Below are positions 1 to 8,068 of a DNA stretch of 64,000 nt, in pieces. The notes beneath the pieces are model-generated. The model ran no database searches, was not told the origin of the DNA, and saw nothing but the letters and a program-made list of their open reading frames with translations. The stretch spans positions 224,001 to 288,000 of the forward strand of contig CAVTNB010000001.1 in NCBI GenBank assembly GCA_963736005.1. Direction: 5' to 3'. The stretch's first letter is position 1, and the number at the start of each line of letters is the position of its first letter. Source of the DNA: an uncultured Pseudomonadota bacterium. Lineage in GTDB: Bacteria; Vulcanimicrobiota; Vulcanimicrobiia; Eremiobacterales; Eremiobacteraceae. The position numbers were made by a program, and so were the translations under genes.

Positions 1-1065
1 GTCGATTGTCGCCGTCGCCATCATCACGAACAAACTCGTCAGAATTGCTATCGCGAGGGGCCGCAAGCGTTTGGTTTGCAACCAATCGCAAAAGATCACA
101 ATGAAGAAGACGAGTGGCACGATGGCCTGCAGCAGGTAACGTTGGCCCAAGAGCAATTTTCCGGAAGCTAGGGAGTAGGCTACTTGCAACGCGATAGGGA
201 CGAAGAGCGCCAGCGCTTCGAATCGGCGGCGCGCCGTCGCCACTGCAAGGCCACCAACAATGACGAGCCACAGCGCCGCTGCCGTCACGCCGGCGTATTC
301 AATGTTCGAAGGCAAACCGTCAACCAACAAGACGGGCGGTGCACCCACCAGCTCCCAAAAATGACCTGCAAGCGCGTTGAACGCGGTCCCGCCGAGCGGG
401 TACTGCTCCGCAAGTATCGGCAGCCATGGGACAAATGCGGCCAGTGCTCCCGCGCATGCGAACCAAAATCCCGGCGTTCGCCGATGCACGAGAGCCATGT
501 ATGCCACTTGCCCAGCCACAGTAAAAAAAGCGAGGTATTGAGTGTAGAGCAACGCCGTCACGATGAGCCCATAGGCAAACCAGCGTCGCCCGCGATGCGG
601 CTCGTCGAGAGCCCACAACAAGCAGGCCCAGCTGAGCATCGCGAGCGACCACAACATCGCGTACATGCGGAAAAATCCGTCGAAGAACGCAAGCACCGGA
701 CTGATGGCGATGAGGAGCGCGGCGAGAGGGCCCCACGAACCAATGATGCGCCGACCAAGCGCGTACGTTGCCGCGACGCCCACGACGCCAATGAGCGCGG
801 TGGCGATGCGAAACAGATAGACGCGCGAGGTGAGCGCGAAAAGAGCGTGACCAAGAACGTAGACGAGGGGTGGATGGAAATCTCCAGTTGCCAAAAGCAC
901 GACGATCCCAGAGAGCGGGTGCGAGGCAATGAAGAACGTGAAGGCTTCATCCGGCATCGTCGAATGATGAAGCAGTCCGACGAAACGAGTGAGCACCGCA
1001 CAGACTAGGATCACCCAGAAGACGGGTTGACCTATCGGATTGGAAAGGCGAGTGGACTGTCCCAT
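1..1065 (-). CDS. GT-C fold integral-membrane glycosyltransferase (PMT_2/ArnT/GT39-like); runs off the window edge
   Basis: Not in the ORF track because there is no stop in the window. Hand translation of both ends from ATG 1065 gives MGQSTRLSNPIGQPVFWVILVCAVLTRF...STMPDEAFTFFIASHP...GDFHPPLVY and, near base 1, LGQRYLLQAIVPLVFF. The DE motif after TM1, the HPPL motif and many TM helices fit GT-C. Confidence 0.8.
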   Translation of the reverse strand, partial: MGQSTRLSNPIGQPVFWVILVCAVLTRFVGLLHHSTMPDEAFTFFIASHPLSGIVVLLATGDFHPPLVYVLGHALFALTSRVYLFRIATALIGVVGVAATYALGRRIIGSWGPLAALLIAISPVLAFFDGFFRMYAMLWSLAMLSWACLLWALDEPHRGRRWFAYGLIVTALLYTQYLAFFTVAGQVAYMALVHRRTPGFWFACAGALAAFVPWLPILAEQYPLGGTAFNALAGHFWELVGAPPVLLVDGLPSNIEYAGVTAAALWLVIVGGLAVATARRRFEALALFVPIALQVAYSLASGKLLLGQRYLLQAIVPLVFFIVIFCDWLQTKRLRPLAIAILTSLFVMMATATID

Positions 1066-1223
1066 CACTTAGATTGTCGGCAAGGTCGCTGTGGCGCCCG
1101 TCACCTTTTGCCGAAAACTGATACAAAGGGTCCTCAAGGAGACTCTTAATCTTGGTGATTGGGCACTTTACATGTGCATGCACCCAGCTTTTTGGCATCA
1201 TAGAAACGAATAGAACGAATAAT

Positions 1224-1658
1224 ATGAAGACTATGCAAAAGGGCTTCACCCTGATTGAGTTGATGATCGTCATCGCGATAATCGCAATCTTGGCGGCTAT
1301 TCTCATTCCGAATTTCCTCCACGCACGCGCGGAGGCTGTCACCGCGGCCTGCGAAGGAAACGAGAAGCAGCTCGCGACGGCTGAAGAGGAATACGCGGTC
1401 GACAATGGTGGGGCATACGCGTCGCTCGCCGTGCTAACCACTCCGTATCTAAGCGTCGTCGTCACCGATCCTGTGAAGAAGGGGAACGCCTACACGGTAA
1501 CGATTCCAGGCACCGGTTCTAACGGCTCGTATCAGATTTCCGACGCGGGAGGGCACGACTCGACCACCACGACGAGTCTGACCCAGACGGGGGGGGCGGC
1601 TTGCAGCGCATGTCGCTCTATCGTGTATGCTCAGGCATCGGGTATCCACGGAAATTAA
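1224..1658 (+). CDS. pilA: Type IV pilin 1 (144 aa)
   Basis: Class III signal KG|FTLIELMIVIAIIAILAAILIP; ATG at 1224. Confidence 0.93.
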   Translation: MKTMQKGFTLIELMIVIAIIAILAAILIPNFLHARAEAVTAACEGNEKQLATAEEEYAVDNGGAYASLAVLTTPYLSVVVTDPVKKGNAYTVTIPGTGSNGSYQISDAGGHDSTTTTSLTQTGGAACSACRSIVYAQASGIHGN

Positions 1659-1729
1659 TGCAGAGAACGGCCGATAACATATGAAGGGAAGCCTCTTCGC
1701 GTATGAACGAATGGCGCATTCCGCGCACG

Positions 1730-1745
1730 TGTGTCATATATCACG
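1730..1745. promoter_or_regulatory. CRP/FNR-like box TGTGT-N6-TCACG upstream of pilin 2
   Basis: tgtgt-catata-tcacg matches TGTGA-N6-TCACA at 8/10; a CRP-family gene lies about 2 kb downstream. Confidence 0.4.
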
Positions 1746-1944
1746 GGTTTTAGCGTCTAAGCAAGGTGCGGTTGGGCATTCCCTATAGTGGGGGAGAGGG
1801 CAGAAAACGCGCTTTTTGGTTCCGCACGAGATCACGGTCGATCTTTTGCGAGCGCGGCGCCGGTGGACCGGCGTCCCTTGATGGGCTTACAACTCGTCCG
1901 CTCACTCAACGTGAATTCACACAATCGAAAGGGTTAAAGTCTTC

Positions 1945-2379
1945 ATGAAGAAACTGCAAAAAGGGTTTACGCTCATCGAATTGATGATCGTGATCGCCAT
2001 TATCGCGATTCTCGCAGCCATTCTTATTCCGAACTTCCTCCATGCGCGTGCTGAGTCTGTCACCGCGGCCTGCGAAGGCAACGAGAAGCAGCTCGCCACA
2101 GCTGAAGAGGAATACTCAGTTGACAATGGCGGCGCGTATGCTTCGCTGGCCGTCCTCACGACACCATACTTGAGCGTCGTTGTGACGGATCCAGTGCACA
2201 AGGGCAATGCCTATACCGTGACGATCCCGGGTACGGGCTCCAATGGCTCGTATCAGATCTCGGACGCGGGCGGACATGACACGACCACCACGACCAGCCT
2301 CACGCAAACGGGCGGTGCTGCATGCGCATCGTGCGCATCCATCGTTTACGCACAGGCCTCGGGCATCCACGGTAACTAA
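1945..2379 (+). CDS. pilA: Type IV pilin 2 (144 aa), near-identical protein to pilin 1
   Basis: KG|FTLIELM signal; 9 aa differences from pilin 1. Confidence 0.93.
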   Translation: MKKLQKGFTLIELMIVIAIIAILAAILIPNFLHARAESVTAACEGNEKQLATAEEEYSVDNGGAYASLAVLTTPYLSVVVTDPVHKGNAYTVTIPGTGSNGSYQISDAGGHDTTTTTSLTQTGGAACASCASIVYAQASGIHGN

Positions 2380-2402
2380 AACGCTCGACGCGGAACAAAA
2401 GC

Positions 2403-2433
2403 AAAAGAGCCGGTCCCTGGACCGGCTCTTTTT
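2403..2433 (+). terminator. Intrinsic terminator after pilin 2
   Basis: aaaagagccggtcc-ct-ggaccggctcttttt hairpin ending in a T-tract. Confidence 0.8.
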
Positions 2434-2554
2434 CGTTGAGCATTTGATGGGCTGGGCCATTGTCGGTGAGCGCAGTCACACACGGTACCGACCGGTCATA
2501 CCGATGCCTAAATTGGGCATTAAGGATTTGGAGGACGCGAAGACGGGCCCACAC

Positions 2555-2989
2555 ATGAACACGCCACAACGGGGCTTCACCCTCATCGAGCTGATGATCG
2601 TGATAGCTATCATCTCTATTCTTGCCGCCATTCTCATTCCAAACTTCATGCACGCGCGTGCGGAGTCGGTGACTTCGGCATGCGAAATGAACGAAAAAAT
2701 GCTCGCCACAGCAGAGGAAGAATATTCGGTTGACAATGGTGGCCTCTATATCGCAATCGCGTCGCTCACCACGCCGTACTTGAGCGCCAACCTCACCGAT
2801 CCGGTCAAGAAGGGCAACACCTACAGCATCAACACTACAGTGGGGACGTACGGATCGTACCAAGTTTCCGATTCGGGCGGCCACGACTCAACCACGATGA
2901 TGCAAGTGATACAAGACGGATCCTCCGCTAGCTGCACGTCGTGCACGACCGTTTTGTGGGATCAAAACTCGGGCGTCCGAGGAAAGTAG
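2555..2989 (+). CDS. Type IV pilin 3 (144 aa), diverged paralog
   Basis: MNTPQRG|FTLIELM; same Cys pattern (ACE in the helix, C-terminal CxxC). Confidence 0.9.
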   Translation: MNTPQRGFTLIELMIVIAIISILAAILIPNFMHARAESVTSACEMNEKMLATAEEEYSVDNGGLYIAIASLTTPYLSANLTDPVKKGNTYSINTTVGTYGSYQVSDSGGHDSTTMMQVIQDGSSASCTSCTTVLWDQNSGVRGK

Positions 2990-3014
2990 CGCGCAAGCCA
3001 CGCACCTGGACGGG

Positions 3015-3797
3015 GTGCCTGCCTTCTTCTATCCGGCAATCGCAAGCATCCTCGGGCTTTTGATCGGCTCGTTCCTCAACGTCGTCATCAGCCGCGTGCC
3101 GAGCGGCGAATCCATTGCGTCACCACCCTCGCATTGCCCAGCGTGCGGACATCGCCTGAGCCCCTGGGAGAACATTCCCGTCCTATCGTGGCTTGCGCTG
3201 GGTGGGCGATGTCACTCCTGTAAGGCGGAGATTTCAGCGCGGTACATGCTCGTCGAGCTTGCCACCGCCGCGCTGTTTGCGTTGGCCGCCGCGGAGTTTG
3301 GGCTAACCGTTTGGACTCTCGCGGTGTTTGTCTTGAGCGCCTTTGCGATCGTCACGCTCTTTGTCGATATCGATCATCTGCTGATCCTCGACGTTGTGAC
3401 GGTGCCTGTTGCGCTGGTTGGGTTTCTCGTGGCGTTGCTGGATGGCCGAGCAATCGACGCCCTCGAGGGCGCGGCCGTTGGGGTGGGGCTTTTCGGTCTC
3501 ATCTACCTCGCGACACGCGGTGCTGGTTTGGGATTTGGGGACGTCAAGCTTGCGGGCTGCCTGGGTCTCTATTTGGGTCTAGCGCACTCAATCGCCGCAT
3601 TTGCCGCAGCCTTCATCGTGGGAGCTCTTCTCGCGATACCGGTGCTCTTGACCCGAAAGCGCCGGGCCAAAGACGTGTTGCCCCTCGGGCCATTTCTCGT
3701 CCTCGGGGCCCTTGTCGTGATCTTTGCACCCGGACTTGTGTTCGGTCCATACGCTGCATACCAAGACATGCTGTACCGCCATATAGGCGGCGGCTAG
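3015..3797 (+). CDS. pilD: Prepilin peptidase / N-methyltransferase
   Basis: GSFLNVVI.R.P, two CxxC pairs, DID and GFGDVKL catalytic Asp motifs, P.GPFL. Confidence 0.93.
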   Translation: MPAFFYPAIASILGLLIGSFLNVVISRVPSGESIASPPSHCPACGHRLSPWENIPVLSWLALGGRCHSCKAEISARYMLVELATAALFALAAAEFGLTVWTLAVFVLSAFAIVTLFVDIDHLLILDVVTVPVALVGFLVALLDGRAIDALEGAAVGVGLFGLIYLATRGAGLGFGDVKLAGCLGLYLGLAHSIAAFAAAFIVGALLAIPVLLTRKRRAKDVLPLGPFLVLGALVVIFAPGLVFGPYAAYQDMLYRHIGGG

Positions 3798-3821
3798 GAC
3801 CGGTTTTCCAATGGTCACCTA

Positions 3822-3847
3822 ACATGGGCGACTTGACAGTCGCCCGC
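3822..3847. repeat. REP-like palindrome, family B (lacks an adjacent GTAG)
   Basis: acatgggcgacttgacagtcgcccgc is identical over 26 nt to 62863-62888. Confidence 0.75.
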
Positions 3848-3964
3848 ACCCTGGGCTGGGCTACACTGCTGGCCTGTGATTGCCGATACTTGGGGACAGG
3901 CGCCGTTTTACGAGCGCCCGCGGCCGCCACTTCCTTCGTGCCGCAATTTTACGCTTGGAGTTTC

Positions 3965-4672
3965 ATGGCCGTGCAGAAGACTTTTGACAAACCGCTCGAT
4001 GCCACTCTCCTCAAGAAAGTTCCGCTGTTCGCGGAGTTCGGCGACGAAGATCTTGCGGCGATAGCCTCACTGGTTCAAACTCGCCGCTTTGCCAAACACG
4101 CGGTGCTCGTATACGAAGGGGATCCAGGCGATGCGCTCTACATCGTGGTGAAGGGAAATGTTGCCGTTACCCGGCTTTCCAACGAAGGCAAAGAAAGCAT
4201 TCTTTCCATCCTCAAAGAGGGTGATTTCTTTGGTGAGATGGGGGTCTTGGACGCCTCGCCACGATCGGCAACGATTAAGGCTCTGGGGGACGTCGAAGTG
4301 GCGATCCTATCGCGCAAGGATTTTCTCGATCTCTTAGGACGCAGTCCTCAAATGAGCTTGAGCTTGGTCATGACGCTTTCGTCTCGCCTGCGGGCGACCA
4401 ATCAGGCGATCCAGGCCGCGTCGTATCAGGATATTAGAACCCGACTCGCCGCCCTGCTTCTCAATCTCGAGAAGAACTTCGGCGAGCGAGTTGAGGGTGG
4501 CACGCGTCTCACTTTGCGGCTGACAAATCAGGAAATGGCGAACATGATCGGCACGACGCGCGAGACGGTCAACCGCATGCTCAACCGGTTTTGGGATGAG
4601 AAGCTCATCGATATGCGCACCGCAAACGTGGTCATCATGGACCACGATAAACTCCAGGCGATCCTTCACTAG
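3965..4672 (+). CDS. CRP/FNR-family transcriptional regulator
   Basis: cNMP-binding domain (FFGEMG...PRSAT) plus HTH (LTNQEMANMIGTTRETVNR); likely start at ATG 3965. Confidence 0.92.
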   Translation: MAVQKTFDKPLDATLLKKVPLFAEFGDEDLAAIASLVQTRRFAKHAVLVYEGDPGDALYIVVKGNVAVTRLSNEGKESILSILKEGDFFGEMGVLDASPRSATIKALGDVEVAILSRKDFLDLLGRSPQMSLSLVMTLSSRLRATNQAIQAASYQDIRTRLAALLLNLEKNFGERVEGGTRLTLRLTNQEMANMIGTTRETVNRMLNRFWDEKLIDMRTANVVIMDHDKLQAILH

Positions 4673-4680
4673 CGGGTTTC

Positions 4681-4757
4681 TGTAGCAGCGCACCTTTAGG
4701 TGCGCTTTGCTTTGAAGCTGAGGGCGACTTGAGCGGACCTAAAGGTCCGCTGCTACA
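4681..4757. repeat. Inverted GTAG-REP doublet (REPIN-like), family A
   Basis: gtagcagcgcacctttaggtgcgct ... agcggacctaaaggtccgctgctac; a second doublet is at 20387-20452. Confidence 0.8.
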
Positions 4758-4950
4758 TACCCAATCGTGTCCCGATGGGTGGCATCGACAGTTCGTAAAC
4801 CTAGCACACACCCGTATCGTCCAGTAGCTTGTATCGAATAAACGTTCTAACATTGCGCTGCCGGGGTGCCGATGTTTTTTAGTGAGGTTATCTCTTTAGC
4901 CCCGTCCTCATATAGTTTATAACGGGACGGTTACGAGAGGCTCGGCGTCT

Positions 4951-6072
4951 ATGTCGTTCTTGAGCAAGCTGTTCGCGCGCGGATCCAACAAGTACGTTGG
5001 CATTGATTTCGGTTCTCACGAATTGAAGGCAGTTCAGTTCGGGTCATCCGGACGAGGTGCAGTCCTCGAGCATGTCTATCGCGTGAGCACGCCTGCGAAT
5101 AGCATCAAAGATGGTGTGGTCAGCGATCCACAACTCGTCGGTGAGGCGCTGCGCGCGCTCATCAGCGACGGTGCGTTCAGCGCGCGCAAAACGATTAGCG
5201 CGGTGTCCGGTCCCACGGTCGTCGTGCGCCAAGTGACCATGCCGGTCATGAGCGAGCGCGAGCTGCGGGAGTCGACCAAATACGAAGCAGAGCGGTTTCT
5301 CCCGTACTCCGTCGACGAAGCGCAAATTGACGCGAAGATTTTGGGAAAGACTGAGGACGGCCAAAACATGGACGTGCTCATCGTCGCCGCGCAAAAAGAC
5401 CTTGTCACCTCGCAAATGAGCGCGCTGCAGTTTGCAGGCTTAACCCCGTACGTGGTCGAGGTCGAGCCCTTCTCAATGGTCCGCGCAATGATTGCTCCGG
5501 AGGACGCGCAATTCGAGCAGAACATCGCTATTATCAACGTGGGAGCCGCGTCGACGAGCATCAACATCACCAAGGGTGGCTTCGTTCCATTCACTCGGAA
5601 CGTGCCCATCGGTGGTAACGCCATCACGAAGGCCATTGCCAACGGCTTGAACGTCTCCATGGACGACGCTGAAAAAATGAAGCGTGAAAAGGCACGAATT
5701 CTCTCGCAGCAAGATACTGGGCCTGTGCCGCCGACCGTGACTCGAATCTTCAACGTGATCACGCCGCCGCTCACCGAGCTTGTTACCGAGATTCACAAAT
5801 CGCTGGACTACTTCCGGACGCGCTTCCGCGGCGAAACGATCGAGTCAGTCATCCTGGGCGGCGGATCGAGCCGCTTGGAGAACTTGGATGCGTTTTTGAG
5901 TCACGAGCTCGGACTGCCCGTCGCCCCTGCGACGCCACTCGAACGCGCTGCCCACGATCCCGCAGATTTTCCCGCAGAGTTCTTGCGCGATGCTGGGCCG
6001 TCCATGATCGTCGCCGCTGGCTTAGCCAAGCGCGACTTGCAGGCCGAGAGCCGAACGGGAGCAGCAGCGTGA
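4951..6072 (+). CDS. pilM: Type IV pilus assembly protein PilM (actin-like)
   Basis: VGIDFG, EAERFLPY, LIVAA, ILGGGSS motifs; first gene of pilMNOPQ. Confidence 0.93.
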   Translation: MSFLSKLFARGSNKYVGIDFGSHELKAVQFGSSGRGAVLEHVYRVSTPANSIKDGVVSDPQLVGEALRALISDGAFSARKTISAVSGPTVVVRQVTMPVMSERELRESTKYEAERFLPYSVDEAQIDAKILGKTEDGQNMDVLIVAAQKDLVTSQMSALQFAGLTPYVVEVEPFSMVRAMIAPEDAQFEQNIAIINVGAASTSINITKGGFVPFTRNVPIGGNAITKAIANGLNVSMDDAEKMKREKARILSQQDTGPVPPTVTRIFNVITPPLTELVTEIHKSLDYFRTRFRGETIESVILGGGSSRLENLDAFLSHELGLPVAPATPLERAAHDPADFPAEFLRDAGPSMIVAAGLAKRDLQAESRTGAAA

Positions 6073-6102
6073 GCACGACGCGTTTGATCGAGGAGCACGC
6101 TT

Positions 6103-6681
6103 GTGATTGATATCAACCTACTTCCTTCAGCACAACGGCGGTCAGTTTTTACCTTCGACCGAGTGTTCTCTATCGGTCTGGTGGTGCTCGTGGCCGAGTT
6201 GCTGTTCGTGACGCTGTTCGACGTCTTCGAGAACATTCGAATCAACAGGTTGAACAGCGACATTGCAGCCTGGACGCAAAAAGTAGCGGTCGAACAAGCG
6301 GCGGTAAAAGAAGTTGACGATCTCCGAGACCAGGTCGCGCAGCTTCGAGCGAAAGCCGACCTGCTCGAGCGCATCAAGCAGAGCCCGCTGCAACTTGCAG
6401 AAATTCTTTCGGATATTGGGAACAACACGCCGCACGGCATGTGGTACAACAGCGTCAATGTTGCACATGCGACCGATGGCGGCAACGTGACGCTTTCCGG
6501 CGACACTTCGACCTATCGCGAAGTTGCGGACCTCATGTTGAACCTAGACGGGTCGCCCATTTTTGGGGACGCCGACTTGACAACGAGCACGCAAGCCGTG
6601 TCGCCAACTTCTCCGAATGGCGGTGACGTGGCGTTCTCCGTCATCGGAACGCTCAGCCCGGCGGTGATTGGACAACAATGA
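6103..6681 (+). CDS. pilN: PilN
   Basis: N-terminal INLLP motif, TM helix, coiled coil. Confidence 0.88.
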   Translation: MIDINLLPSAQRRSVFTFDRVFSIGLVVLVAELLFVTLFDVFENIRINRLNSDIAAWTQKVAVEQAAVKEVDDLRDQVAQLRAKADLLERIKQSPLQLAEILSDIGNNTPHGMWYNSVNVAHATDGGNVTLSGDTSTYREVADLMLNLDGSPIFGDADLTTSTQAVSPTSPNGGDVAFSVIGTLSPAVIGQQ

Positions 6682-7550
6682 ACCAGCAACAGAGTAACCT
6701 CAATCGCATTCTCATCGTTGTCGGCGTGCTCGCGCTTGTCTTAATCGGCGCGTACTTCATGGTGATCCAACCAAAGCTGACGCAAGTCGCCGCCTCGCAG
6801 GCACAGCTTGACAACCTCCAGTCGCAGTACACGTCTCTGAAGGCAGTCGCGGACCAAAAGCCGCTCTACCTCGGATTGATCAAGCAAGTGCAATCGCGTC
6901 TGACTGGCGTGGAATTGACCGCCGATCCGCGCGCATACATTCCCTCGTATCTCAAGCAGATCGAGGACCTCGCGACGCGCGATGGTTTGGTGGTGACGGC
7001 AGTCGTTCCGCAGCCACTGCCGACGCCATCGGGCTCGCCGACGCCCGCACCTGTTCCAACGGGTGCCAGCGCGCTGCAAAACGCGCCGATTATCGGCCAA
7101 CCGCTCGCGCGTGCTGGCAAAGCGCTGAATGCATCAAACACGCAAGCGGAATCGGAAAATGCGCAAATGCCGCAAGGTGGCGCCCAGACCGCGATGACTG
7201 GTGCGACTCCGGTGCCGGGTGCTTCGGGTGGCGCAGCCGGAAATCCGACGGTCAAGGCCGGTGCGAGCATGTCGCCGCGCGTGAACGCAATCGTGTACCT
7301 CAATCAGTCCTTCCAGCAGGTTCCAATCAACATGGAATTCTCAGGCAACTACACAGACTTACAAAAATTCCTACGCGACCTTAACAAGTTTCCGAAGCTC
7401 ATCGGTGTGGGTAACGTCGTGTTGACGTCCACGCGCGCCGATGTTGGCGTCACGCCTAAGTTGCATATCGTTCTGCCCATCGTCGCGTACCGCTTGAGCC
7501 CAAGCGGGCCGCCACCGCAGGCGACGCCGGCTCCAGCAGGGGGTCAATAA
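6678..7550 (+). CDS. pilO: PilO with a long Pro/Ala/Gly-rich insertion
   Basis: TM + coiled coil + VPINMEFSGNYTDLQKFLRDL; operon position. Confidence 0.8.
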   Translation: MNQQQSNLNRILIVVGVLALVLIGAYFMVIQPKLTQVAASQAQLDNLQSQYTSLKAVADQKPLYLGLIKQVQSRLTGVELTADPRAYIPSYLKQIEDLATRDGLVVTAVVPQPLPTPSGSPTPAPVPTGASALQNAPIIGQPLARAGKALNASNTQAESENAQMPQGGAQTAMTGATPVPGASGGAAGNPTVKAGASMSPRVNAIVYLNQSFQQVPINMEFSGNYTDLQKFLRDLNKFPKLIGVGNVVLTSTRADVGVTPKLHIVLPIVAYRLSPSGPPPQATPAPAGGQ

Positions 7551-7553
7551 GTC

Positions 7554-8063
7554 ATGAAGCTTCTCGTTGCAGCTTCGGCCGTCGCAGTTTGCCTCGTGCT
7601 CGCCGCGTGCGGTGGTGCACAGGCGCCGCCACCCGGTCCTGTGACCGTCGCGCCAGATGTTGGCACGCCGCCGCCTATGACGACGACGCCCGTCCCCATC
7701 GTGAAATCCAAGACGGTACCAAGCGCCGGTCGTCCGGATCCGTTTGTGGCGCTCTTTGGCCCACCGACGGGCATCGGGCCCACACCAGCACCCAAAGTTG
7801 CTGTTTCCACCTTCCCCAACATTCCGACCCTTCCGGGATTCGAGAGTGCGCCGGGTGCGGGCGGAATTTGGGGCACCGTCCACCTGACCGGCATCTTCGA
7901 ACACGGCAACGGCTTCATCGCGATCCTGGAAGACAATGGCAAGTCGTACTTCGTGCGGCCTGGTGACAGCGTCGACGATCAGTTTAGAGTTATCGCAATC
8001 GGTCCAGATTACATCACGCTCGGAACACAGACAGAAGAGCGACACTTCTCGCTAGGGGGTTAA
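7554..8063 (+). CDS. PilP-like lipoprotein
   Basis: Lipobox LAAC, RPDPF motif, C-terminal beta domain; lies between pilO and pilQ. Confidence 0.7.
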   Translation: MKLLVAASAVAVCLVLAACGGAQAPPPGPVTVAPDVGTPPPMTTTPVPIVKSKTVPSAGRPDPFVALFGPPTGIGPTPAPKVAVSTFPNIPTLPGFESAPGAGGIWGTVHLTGIFEHGNGFIAILEDNGKSYFVRPGDSVDDQFRVIAIGPDYITLGTQTEERHFSLGG

Positions 8064-8068
8064 ATTAA

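Noticed and set aside
184..1008. 274-aa plus-strand ORF in the track
   Set aside because: It is the antisense shadow of the GT-C gene on the minus strand and has an R/E/H-rich, non-protein-like composition.
3311..3964. N-terminal extension of the CRP ORF (453 aa)
   Set aside because: It overlaps pilD out of frame and crosses a REP; the CRP domain starts at ATG 3965.
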